Assembly (NCBI GenBank): GCA_963823555.1
Contig: CAWGMA010000002.1
Span: 604,725 to 668,724 of the forward strand
Source of the DNA: Candidatus Eiseniibacteriota bacterium
GTDB lineage: Bacteria > Eisenbacteria > RBG-16-71-46 > CAVPCR01
Length of the DNA stretch: 64,000 nt
Direction of reading: 5' to 3'
Part shown: piece after piece, positions 54,718 to 63,463 of the stretch
How positions within the stretch are numbered: the first letter of the stretch is position 1
How the letters are laid out: the number at the start of each line of letters is the position of its first letter
The notes under the pieces: generated by a model
Told to the model about the DNA's origin: nothing
Seen by the model: only the letters and a program-made list of their open reading frames with translations
Database searches by the model: none
Position numbers and translations under genes: made by a program

Positions 54718-56298
54718 ATGCGCACCTCATGCCGCCGTCTTCTCGCCTGGAAGGTACGTTCCCCATCTCTTCCTCTACTGCTCGCCGTCGTCGCCGCGGC
54801 GTCCATTCCTGTCATGGGTCTCGTGAACCTCTGCATGCCACCGCTGGCAAGTGCAGCCGTCATTCATGTTCCAATCGACTATCCGACGATATCCGATGCC
54901 CTGGGTTCCCTCCAGTTTGCATGGGGGGATACCATCCTGGTGGCTCCTGGCACGTACTACGAGTCGTTGGAAATCCCCTTTGGTGTCACGCTGCTTGGAA
55001 GTGGCGGTCCCCAGGTGACTGTGCTGCACCACGACACGAGAGCTATAACGTGCGAGCAACCCCTGCTAGGCGTTCCGTTCATCCTTGTTGGATTCACGAT
55101 ACGTGACGCAACTGATACTGCCCTGTCTTGCGGGTTGCATGACCAAGGTGATATCGAGATCAGAGATTGCCGGTTTGTTGGTAACACGGGGCTTGAGGGT
55201 GGTGCGATGACGATCGCCTTTATGGGGTCATCTACTGGTTCAATCCACGTCAGCGACTGCATCTTCGAGGACAATACGGCACTCGATTGGGGTGCAGGAA
55301 TTGCGATTGGAGGTGACGGCATCACCGGCATCATCGAAAACAACCGGTTCACCAGAAACGCAGCCCTCAAGGGAGCTGCGATCGGCACCAGGGCGATCAA
55401 TCGTGAGGAATCGCCACCTCCACTGGTCATCAGAGACAACGCATTCATCGAGAATCAGGCAACTGCAGAGGGCGGAGCGGTAGTGATCATTGGTGGCCGA
55501 CTGCTGGAGATTTCTGGGAACCTGTTCTCCGACAATTCGGCCGGCACGCATGGTGGTGCAATGGCCCTATTGGGCGGTGATGCCAGCATTACCGTTCGCG
55601 ATAACATCGTCCTGCGCAGCGTGGCTGGCCAGATTGGCGGAGGTCTTGCCCTGCTGAATTCCGGAAGCAGTGCCGAGCAGAACACAATCGATGGCTGCTC
55701 AGGCCTTCGCGGGGGCGGCATAGCAGTCTACCAGCCAATGGGTGTCGCTCTGTTCAACAACCTTGTGACCAACTCAGGGATCGGAAGTGGGATTAGATAT
55801 GAAGGACCAGGAGGCGGATTCGCCACCGGTTGTAATGACTCTTGGGGTAACGCCGGAGAGGACTTCGAGGGCTTCCTGCCTTCGAGCGACGACCTTTCTT
55901 TGGATCCGCAGTACTGTGCTCCAGAAGTGGAGGACTATGCCCTCAGGGCGACATCGCCATGCGCTCCGCCGCAAGCCCCTCCTGGATGCGGCCTGATCGG
56001 CGCACTGCCCGTGGGGTGTGGAATCACTAGTGTTCCGGAGGCAGGGGCGCCGACGACTCAGTTCTTGACGGTGGCGCCGAATCCCGCTTGGGGTCGACTC
56101 CAGTTCTATCCGGTGTCGCCGATGTCGATGGTGCTCAACATCATCGATTCGCAAGGGCGCATCGTACATCGGATCAAGCCGATCAACGGGCATTGGGAGT
56201 GGTTGCCTGGGCAATCTGTTCCGACTGGGGTCTACTTCGCGCTTCCGGAAGGGGGCGGTCAACAACCAGCACCTGTCAAGTTCGTCTATCTTCGTTGA
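54718..56298 (+). CDS. Secreted beta-helix repeat protein with T9SS-like CTD (paralog of 47198..48913)
   Basis: VIHVPIDYPTI..DTILVAPGTY, FxxN..GGA repeats, DPQYC..SPCAP..CGLIGAL.VGC, PNP..SQGRIV..PTGVYF. The interior looks lower in GC; start uncertain. Confidence 0.8.
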   Translation: MRTSCRRLLAWKVRSPSLPLLLAVVAAASIPVMGLVNLCMPPLASAAVIHVPIDYPTISDALGSLQFAWGDTILVAPGTYYESLEIPFGVTLLGSGGPQVTVLHHDTRAITCEQPLLGVPFILVGFTIRDATDTALSCGLHDQGDIEIRDCRFVGNTGLEGGAMTIAFMGSSTGSIHVSDCIFEDNTALDWGAGIAIGGDGITGIIENNRFTRNAALKGAAIGTRAINREESPPPLVIRDNAFIENQATAEGGAVVIIGGRLLEISGNLFSDNSAGTHGGAMALLGGDASITVRDNIVLRSVAGQIGGGLALLNSGSSAEQNTIDGCSGLRGGGIAVYQPMGVALFNNLVTNSGIGSGIRYEGPGGGFATGCNDSWGNAGEDFEGFLPSSDDLSLDPQYCAPEVEDYALRATSPCAPPQAPPGCGLIGALPVGCGITSVPEAGAPTTQFLTVAPNPAWGRLQFYPVSPMSMVLNIIDSQGRIVHRIKPINGHWEWLPGQSVPTGVYFALPEGGGQQPAPVKFVYLR

Positions 56299-56383
56299 AC
56301 AGGCCGGCTCGGAGCACAACACTACGGAGGTGTACGATGAGGAGAGCATTCCAAAGAGCCGGGTCAACTTCAGGCGTGTTTCG

Positions 56384-56451
56384 TGTCAGCCTCAATGGGA
56401 CCAAGTCAAGGCCTGAATTAAGAGACACTTCTACACTATTATAGGCTGAAC
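56384..56451 (+). repeat. ~70-bp imperfect direct repeat, copy 2
   Basis: See 52218-52288; both copies also have TGTTTCGTGT at or just before their 5' end. Confidence 0.8.
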
Positions 56452-56516
56452 CCAGGGGGTGAGCCATGGCCTATGAACCCGGTCCCGAAGCCGTCGCTCG
56501 CGACGTGTACGTGGTG

Positions 56517-56715
56517 CGCCGACGATCATCCCGACGCACTGCCAGATCTCAGGGTACCTGGGCAGCTCCATGCCCGCCCAGCGGAAAGGAGCGAGCGGCG
56601 CGATCACCACGATCGCTCCCCACATGATGTTGTAGGCGGCGGCGAGATAGAGAACGAGCCGCATCCAGCTCGGGGTGGTGGTTGGGTCAGGCGGCTGCAA
56701 GGTGCTCTCCGGCAT
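56517..56715 (-). pseudogene. Truncated membrane protein resembling the N-terminus of SelL-related/AhpC-fused redox proteins
   Basis: WMRLVLYLAAAYNIMWG...PRYPEIWQCVGMIVG, then an abrupt break close to repeat copy 2. Confidence 0.55.
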
Positions 56716-56776
56716 CTGTGCGGTATCTGCGCGGCATCCGTCCGGCAACCGTGCGGTATCTGCGCGGCATCTGCGC
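56711..56776. repeat. Tandem 11-bp repeat x6 (consensus GG(C/T)ATCTG(C/T)GC)
   Basis: ggcatctgtgc ggtatctgcgc ggcatccgtcc ggcaaccgtgc ggtatctgcgc ggcatctgcgc. Confidence 0.85.
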
Positions 56777-56790
56777 GGTGCCTGGAATCG

Positions 56791-57559
56791 CTAGCGCGAT
56801 CGCAGGGTCGCGAGGCCGCCGTCGACCCCGAAGACCTGCCCCGATACCCAGTCGTTGTCGGGGTCGAGGAGCCAGGCCATGAGCGAGGCGACGTCCGCCG
56901 GCCGGCCGATTCGCCCGAGCGCGTGCATCCCCTCCGATGTCTTGCGACTGGCTTCGCTCCGTGTGATCCGCTCGGTGAGAGGAGTCTCCACCTGCCCGGG
57001 CGCCACGGCGTTGACGCGGATGCGCCGTCCCGCGTAGGTGGCGGCCGCCGACAACGCGAGGCCCTGAACACCGGCCTTGGCGGCGGCGATCGCCTCGTGA
57101 TTGGCGATACCGATGCGGGCCGCCGCGGTGGAGACGAGGACGATCGAGCCGCCGCTCGGCATCATGGCGCGAGCCGCGGCACGCACGACGGCGAAGGCCG
57201 AGCCCAGGTTGGTGCGGAGGGTCGCCTCCCACTCGGCGTCGGTGGTGAGGTGCGCCGGCTTGAGCAGCAGCGAGCCGACGCAGTTGGCGACGCCGTCGAG
57301 TCGTCCGTGGTGGTTGACCGCGTCCTCGATGCAGCGATCGACTTCTTCGCCGCGCGCGGCGTCGAGGACGAATGAATGCGCACCTAGCTCGCTCGCAAGC
57401 GACTCGACCTTCGCCGCGTCGCGACTGGCCACGACGAGACGCGCTCCGCGCGCTCAGGCGGCGGCAGAGCTCCGATCCGATCCCGCCGGTGGCGCCGAAG
57501 ACGACGTGGGCCGGATTCGTCGGGATCTGTTCGGTCGTCTCCGATTCGCTGGTCGACAT
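56791..57559 (-). CDS. SDR-family oxidoreductase, frameshift near 57440
   Basis: FGATGGIG in ORF 56687..57559; NCVGS, AAAKAG, RVNAVAPG, VDGG in ORF 56791..57432. Confidence 0.85.
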
Positions 57560-57706
57560 GCCCTCGATCTCCCACTGTCCTGGCTGCTGAAGACTCCACG
57601 CGACTTGCTACTAGTAGTAGCCGGGCGAGGGGCGAGAGATTCCGGATCTGGAAGGTAGTCCAACGCCTCTAAGTAGCAACAACACTTGAGACAGAGGAGT
57701 CGTCCG

Positions 57707-58201
57707 ATGAGACCAGTACCGAAAAAGCCCAGGGCCGGCCAGGAGTCGGTCTGGGACTATCCTCGACCACCGCGGCTCGAGCGGGTTGGAAGGCGCGTTC
57801 GCGTCGTATTCAACGGGACCGTGATCGCCGACACGACCAGGGCATGGCGTGTGCTCGAAACCAGCCACCCGCCTGTCTACTACATCCCACCCGAAGATCT
57901 GAGGCGCGAGCACCTGGTTCCGGGTCGGCGCGCCTCGTTTTGCGAGTGGAAGGGCGGGGCCTCCTACGTCTCGGTGCGAGTGGGCGATCGTGCCGCCGAG
58001 TCGGCCGGTTGGACCTATCCCGAGCCGACGACGGCCTTTGCGCCGATCAAGGACCACGTCGCCTTCTACGCAGGGCCGATGGACGAGTGCAGGGTGGGTG
58101 AAGAAGTGGTCCGACCGCAGCCGGGCGGCTTCTACGGTGGTTGGGTGACCGACGACGTGGTCGGGCCGTTCAAGGGCGAGCCCGGAACCGAGGGCTGGTA
58201 G
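57707..58201 (+). CDS. DUF427 domain protein
   Basis: ESVWDYPRPP, VLETSHPPVYYIP, SFCEWKG.ASY, FYGGW. Confidence 0.9.
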   Translation: MRPVPKKPRAGQESVWDYPRPPRLERVGRRVRVVFNGTVIADTTRAWRVLETSHPPVYYIPPEDLRREHLVPGRRASFCEWKGGASYVSVRVGDRAAESAGWTYPEPTTAFAPIKDHVAFYAGPMDECRVGEEVVRPQPGGFYGGWVTDDVVGPFKGEPGTEGW

Positions 58202-58229
58202 GCTCCTGATCGAGACACGGGGGGAACCC

Positions 58230-59291
58230 ATGGACCCGAGGCGAGAGCTCGATTCCTGCATAGTAGTCGGTGCCGGCATTGCCGGATTGTTGGCGGCGCG
58301 AACGCTCGTCGATCGCGGCTTCGAAGTCCTTGTCCTGGACAAGGCGCGGGGCGTCGGCGGGCGGATGGCGACGCGGTGGTTCGAACCGGCGGCCGGCGCT
58401 GCGGAGGTCGGGCGAGCCGTGTGGGATCATGGTGCGCAGTTCTTCACCGCGCGTGACGGTGCCTTCAAGGCATGGGTTGATGAGTGGCTGGAGGCCGGCG
58501 TGGCGCGGGTCTGGGCCGATGGCTTCGCGGGCGGCAAGCGTCTCGAGTCGTCCGACGGACACCCGCGCTATCGAGGCAGCGCCGGCATGTCGGAGATCCC
58601 GAAGCATCTGAGCCAAGGGATCGACGTGAGACTGAATGAGCGCGTGGCCTCCATCGATGAGGCCGAGGGGCGCTGGCGGGTTCGCGCCGATGACGGCGAG
58701 ACCGAGCACCGCGCCGGAGCGCTCATCCTCACTCCGCCGGTGCCGCAGTCCCTGGCTCTCGTCGACGCCGGCGGCGTGCGGCTGCCGGAGGCGGTGCGTG
58801 GGTCGCTCGAGCGCATCACCTACGCGCCCTGCATCGCCCTTCTCGCACGGATCGACGGCGCGAGCCGGGTGCCCGAGCCGGGGGCAATGCGTCTCGACGG
58901 CGAGCCGATCGGCTGGATCGCGGACAACCGGAAGAAGGGGATCTCCCCCGAGGCGACGACCCTTACCGTTCACGCGGGTCCCGAGTTCAGCCAGGCTCAC
59001 TGGGACTCGGCGTCGGATGAGGTTGCCCGCCTGCTTCTGGAAGCCGCTGCCGAGTGGATCGGAGGGGAGATCCTGTCGACGCAGGTGCACCGGTGGCGAT
59101 ACAGCCAGCCGGTCGACCTTCACCCCGAGCCCTGTCTCGTCTCCCCCGGTCCTCCACCGCTCGTCTTCGCCGGCGACGCCTTCGGTGGGCCACGGGTCGA
59201 GGGCGCGGCGCTCTCGGGGCTGGCCGCCGCGGCGTGGCTGATCTCGCAAGCGGCGAGCGTTGGTTCACCGACGACGAGCGACCGGCGATGA
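58230..59291 (+). CDS. Renalase-like NAD(P)/FAD-dependent oxidoreductase
   Basis: GAGIAG, DKARGVGGRMATR, DHGAQFFT, HRWRYS, GD..RVEGAALSG. Confidence 0.9.
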   Translation: MDPRRELDSCIVVGAGIAGLLAARTLVDRGFEVLVLDKARGVGGRMATRWFEPAAGAAEVGRAVWDHGAQFFTARDGAFKAWVDEWLEAGVARVWADGFAGGKRLESSDGHPRYRGSAGMSEIPKHLSQGIDVRLNERVASIDEAEGRWRVRADDGETEHRAGALILTPPVPQSLALVDAGGVRLPEAVRGSLERITYAPCIALLARIDGASRVPEPGAMRLDGEPIGWIADNRKKGISPEATTLTVHAGPEFSQAHWDSASDEVARLLLEAAAEWIGGEILSTQVHRWRYSQPVDLHPEPCLVSPGPPPLVFAGDAFGGPRVEGAALSGLAAAAWLISQAASVGSPTTSDRR

Positions 59292-59880
59292 GTCGCCCCG
59301 ATGCCGACGTCATCATCATCGGTGCCGGGCTCGCCGGCCTTGGCTGCGCGCGGCGCCTGCAAGAGGCCGGCGTCTCGTTCCGGATCCTCGAGGCGACAAG
59401 CGGAGTCGGCGGACGGGTTCGCACCCACAGGTGGATGGATTCCGCCTGGATCGAGGGTTCCAGGTGCTGCTCACCGCCTATCCCGAGGCGCGCAGGTTCC
59501 TCGACTACGCCGCGCTCGATCTTCGTCCCTTCGTCCCCGGCGCCCTCGTCCGCCATGCGGGCGGCTTTCACCGCCTCGCCGACCCGTGGCGCCAGCCGCT
59601 CGCCGCGCTCGGAACGCTCTTCTCCCCGCTCGGCAGCCTCTCCGACAAGCTGCGGGTCGCCACCCTCCGCCGGCGGGTGCTCGCCGGCACGCTCGCCGAC
59701 CTCGCCGCCCGCCCCGAGCGGTCGACCCGCGACGCGCTCGAAGCTCACGGCTTCTCCGAGGCGATGATCGAGCGCTTCTTCCGTCCGTTCTTCTCCGGCG
59801 TGTTCCTCGAGCGCGAGCTCGACACGTCGAGTCGGACGTTCGAGTTCATCTTCCGCATGTTCTCCGAGGGAGACACGGCG
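59288..59880 (+). pseudogene. Flavin amine oxidoreductase, 3'-truncated (frameshift near 59428)
   Basis: IGAGLAG, GGRVRT, DGFRLDRGFQVLLTAYPE, FFRPFFSGVFL; homology ends at MFSEGDTA. Confidence 0.75.
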
Positions 59881-60488
59881 CAACACCCGCGCGGAGTCTT
59901 CCGCATGCATGTGGGCGTAGGCGTTGTTACCCATCCCCGGGTAGATCGGACGCCCACGTCTCACCTGCTCGAAGATCAGGTCCCGCGCTCCGTAGACGTG
60001 GGGTAGTCGTATGGCGGCGAACGGCATGCCGGCCGCCGCCGCCATCCGCTCGAGCTGCTCCTCGCTCTCGCGCTTGGCTCGACCGTAACCCATGGTCGAG
60101 GTCGCCGGCGTCTCCCGGTCGATCGGGCGCGATTGCGTGTCGTAGACGAGGAGGCTGCTCGAGTAGACGAACCGCTCGACGCCGGCGTCGGCAGCGGCGC
60201 GCATCAGAGCGACCGAACCGTCGACGATCGTCGGCCGCAGGAGCTCGTAGTCCTCGAAGGCCGCGCGCGCGCCGAGATGAAAGATGGTGTCGATGCCATC
60301 GACGGCGCGCCGCAAGCTCTCCGCGCTCTCGAGATCCCCCTGCATCACCTCGACCTTGTCGAGGGGAGGAGCGCGCCGCGCAGCGGACGGCGCACCATCG
60401 CGCGGGGTCGTAGTCCTTTCTCGACGAGGAGGCGCACGACCTCGAGGCCGATGAAGCCTGTCGCGCCGGTGACCAGTACTCGTTCCAC
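59881..60488 (-). pseudogene. NAD-dependent epimerase/dehydratase, 3'-truncated (frameshift near 60360-60410)
   Basis: VLVTGATGFIG, YGRAK, RLPHVYG; ends at HAEDSARVL, abutting the opposite-strand gene. Confidence 0.75.
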
Positions 60489-60569
60489 GGTGGGCGTCTC
60501 CTCTCCGGGCTGTCGCAGGCGCCGCCGTTGCCGCGAGCGCCTGCGGCCGCGCCGACGGTAGCGCCGGCG

Positions 60570-62903
60570 CTAACCGAGCTCCAGATCGAATTCGGGCGGG
60601 CCGACGGTGACGATGCCGAGGTAGCCGTCGACGGTGACGAGCTCGCCGTCGTCGAGCAGCTGGGTGGCATCGTGGACACCATTGACGCAGGGGATCCCGA
60701 GCTCGCGAGCGATGATCGCACCGTGGATCAGCATGCCTCCGCGTCGCTCGACGATCGCCCGGGCCAGCGGCACCAGGTGCGTGATCGTGGGTTGAATGGC
60801 ATCGCAGACGAGGACGTCTCCTTGCCGGAACCGTCCCATATCCTCGAGGTGCCGGAGGCAGCGGACGCGACCGGTGGCGACCCCGGGCGCCGCCGGCTGG
60901 CCGATCAGCTGCCTCGGTGTCTCGCCGCGATCGACGGGGGCGGATCCGCCTTCGACACCGGACCTGGCGACCGGCGGTGCCTCGATCTCGACCCGCTCGC
61001 CGCGCTCGCCGCGCGAATCGCGCAGGGCGTGCGCGATCCGGGCGATGGTCGAGGCGTCGGGCCCCGGCTCTCCGATCAGCCGGCCGGCGGCCCTGAGCCG
61101 CCCCGCCGCCAGATCGAGGGCGCGCAGGAGCTGGCTCTCGATGCGGCCGACCAGCAGGTTGTCGTCGTCCCTGAGCTTCCAACTCAGGCGACCGGTCTCG
61201 ATGACCTCCATCGCCTCGCCGTGGCGCTCGGGGCCGACCGCGTCGAACAGACGTCGCTCGAGATCCGCGGGGTCGTGACCCGCGACCGCTCCGTCATCGG
61301 CCTGGCGCGTACTGCCCACGTCCTCGGATCCACGAGTCAGTTCGAGAATGATCCTGACGAGCGGGCCCGCGTCGTCGGCGAGGCGGCGATGCTCGTGGGC
61401 GACGTCGAAGAAGCGCTCGCTCAGCTCTTCGAACCTGGCGGCCCACTGGTCGGCGCCGCCGCCGCCGCGAATCGACTCCCGCACATCCGGCCACGGCAGC
61501 GGGCCGGCGCCTCGGGCCTCGACCAGCCGGCCGAGCGCCGCGCGCAGCTCAACGTGGTCCCGGAGGCTCTCCGCCAGCCCTCGCAACGCCCGGTTCCGCT
61601 GGCTGGCCATCAGCGTCTGGTCCCGGAGCAGGCCCACGAACGCGTAGGGGTCATCGGGGCGAACGGCGTCGTTGAAGTAGAGCGCCAGCCGCCGGACGCC
61701 GTGCGCGAACGGGATGAACTCGTCCCAGTAGATCTTCTTCCAGCGCTCGAAAGATTCGAGCCTCTCCTCGAGGGCGTCGGCGAGCTCGCGATCGCTCGAC
61801 CGCTCGAGCTTGGCATCGGCCAGGCGCCGTCCCTCCGCCCGCAGCTCCGGGATCAGCTCGTCGGCGACGCGCCGGCGAAGACGACGGAGGCGCTCGTCGC
61901 CCGGGCGCAGGGTCAGGTACCAATCGCGTGGATCATCGGGGTCGGGGGCGCGTGTGGTGATCGGGCGGGATTGTAGGATCGTCAGCGCCTCGGCGCGCCC
62001 GGTCCATTCCATGTCCGGATCCCAGCGGAAGAGCTCCTCGACCGAGAAGAGCGCGGTCAGGATGGCATCGAGATCACGGGTCTCGAGGAGAGGCTCGGCG
62101 TCGGAATCGGCGCCGTGCTCGCCCGCGGCCTCGCTTTCGCCATCGCCGGCCGCCAAGCGTGCGCCGGGCCTCCAGCTCACGACGCGCCTCGATTGGCGAT
62201 CGATCTGCCAGTGATCGGGATCCACCAGCCCGTCGACCAGGAGGCTGCAGGGACCGGGCACCGCCTCGATGATCGCCTGCTCGGCGCCGGGGCTGCGAGG
62301 ATCGCGACCGAACGCGACGCCCGACCGATCGGCGAGCACCATCTCCTGAACCAGCACGGCCATGCGACTGTGGGCCGGGTCCAGGTCGAGCTCGCGGCGG
62401 TAGAGGAGGGCCGCGTCCGACCAGAGGGAGGCCCAGACCAGCCGGATGGCATCGGCGAGCGCCGCGTCTCCGGAGACCCCGGTCACCGACTCGTGCAAGC
62501 CGGCGAAGGATCGGCCGGCCGAGTCCTCGCCGGGAGCCGACGATCGGACCGCGAGCGACGCCGGCGCGCCAAGCGATCTCCGCGCCTCGGTGATCGCCCG
62601 CGTGAGCTCGAGCGAGAGCGGGTGACCGAGGAAGAGGGAGCGAATGCGTAACGCCGCGTCCCAGATCTCCTCCCAGCGCATCTCGTCCAGCGACTTGCGA
62701 CCGAGCTCCATGCGAATGGCGCCGTCGATCCCATGGCCGGCGGCGAAGGACTCGTAGGCGTGCACGGTGATCGCGAACCCGGGCGGCACGCGAAAACCGG
62801 CGGCGGCGAGACGCGCGGTCGAGGATGCCTTGCCGCCGACGATCGCTTCCTCTCCGCACCTCGAGTCCGACAGCGGCACTACGAGGGGTCGGACGGAATC
62901 CAC
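60570..62903 (-). CDS. PEP/pyruvate-binding + His-swivel phosphotransferase (rifampin-phosphotransferase-like architecture)
   Basis: VGGKA, VPPGF, AVRSSA..ED...SFAG, AVLVQEM, LQSRPIT; C-terminal GGMLIHGAIIARELGIP, VDG..G.V. Confidence 0.85.
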   Translation of the reverse strand: MDSVRPLVVPLSDSRCGEEAIVGGKASSTARLAAAGFRVPPGFAITVHAYESFAAGHGIDGAIRMELGRKSLDEMRWEEIWDAALRIRSLFLGHPLSLELTRAITEARRSLGAPASLAVRSSAPGEDSAGRSFAGLHESVTGVSGDAALADAIRLVWASLWSDAALLYRRELDLDPAHSRMAVLVQEMVLADRSGVAFGRDPRSPGAEQAIIEAVPGPCSLLVDGLVDPDHWQIDRQSRRVVSWRPGARLAAGDGESEAAGEHGADSDAEPLLETRDLDAILTALFSVEELFRWDPDMEWTGRAEALTILQSRPITTRAPDPDDPRDWYLTLRPGDERLRRLRRRVADELIPELRAEGRRLADAKLERSSDRELADALEERLESFERWKKIYWDEFIPFAHGVRRLALYFNDAVRPDDPYAFVGLLRDQTLMASQRNRALRGLAESLRDHVELRAALGRLVEARGAGPLPWPDVRESIRGGGGADQWAARFEELSERFFDVAHEHRRLADDAGPLVRIILELTRGSEDVGSTRQADDGAVAGHDPADLERRLFDAVGPERHGEAMEVIETGRLSWKLRDDDNLLVGRIESQLLRALDLAAGRLRAAGRLIGEPGPDASTIARIAHALRDSRGERGERVEIEAPPVARSGVEGGSAPVDRGETPRQLIGQPAAPGVATGRVRCLRHLEDMGRFRQGDVLVCDAIQPTITHLVPLARAIVERRGGMLIHGAIIARELGIPCVNGVHDATQLLDDGELVTVDGYLGIVTVGPPEFDLELG

Positions 62904-63400
62904 TGGCGGACCTCCTGGAATCGGTGGACGTGGAGGTAGCGGATGACGTCGACGCGGAAGAGGGCGCAGGAGGGTGCGGCGACGAACGACTCGAGATACG
63001 GGTGGCGACGGATCAGCAGCTCGGCCCACCGATCATGATCGCCGCGGTCACGCGAGGTCTCCTGGACTCGACCGGTCACCGTGACCGCCTCGATCTCCAT
63101 CAGCTCTCCCGAGCGATCGGGCCGATTGTCGATCAGGAGAGCGACATGATCGCACTCGGTGAGAAGGCGATACTTCCGCGTCGCGGTCGGTGTGGCGAAA
63201 ACCGCGTGCCTCATGTCATCGGTGAAGGCGAAGGCCACGAGCGATCCGTAGGGCTGTCCCTCGCCCTGCGTGCAGAGCACGGCATAGGGTTGGCCTCGCA
63301 CCAGACCACGGATCCGATCGCGAAGCGGCGGCTCCGGGCCGGCCGCGCCTGTGGGGTGCGGCGCTTCAGACTCGAACAGCGGCTCGTCGGGTTGGGGCAT
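62879..63400 (-). CDS. Pyridoxamine 5'-phosphate oxidase-like FMN-binding protein
   Basis: AVLCT..GQPYGSLVAF, FAT..TRKY, VALLIDNR. Confidence 0.85.
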   Translation of the reverse strand: MPQPDEPLFESEAPHPTGAAGPEPPLRDRIRGLVRGQPYAVLCTQGEGQPYGSLVAFAFTDDMRHAVFATPTATRKYRLLTECDHVALLIDNRPDRSGELMEIEAVTVTGRVQETSRDRGDHDRWAELLIRRHPYLESFVAAPSCALFRVDVIRYLHVHRFQEVRQWIPSDPS

Positions 63401-63463
63401 GAGCAGAGGCTCCGTGGGTTGAAGGGCTGGTGTTTTGCCCGAGGCGATGCGCGGCCGCCGATT

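Noticed and set aside
52218-56451. Direct repeats as integron attC or dif sites
   Set aside because: No RYYYAAC...GTTRRRY inverted structure, no XerC/XerD 11-6-11 layout, and no integrase.
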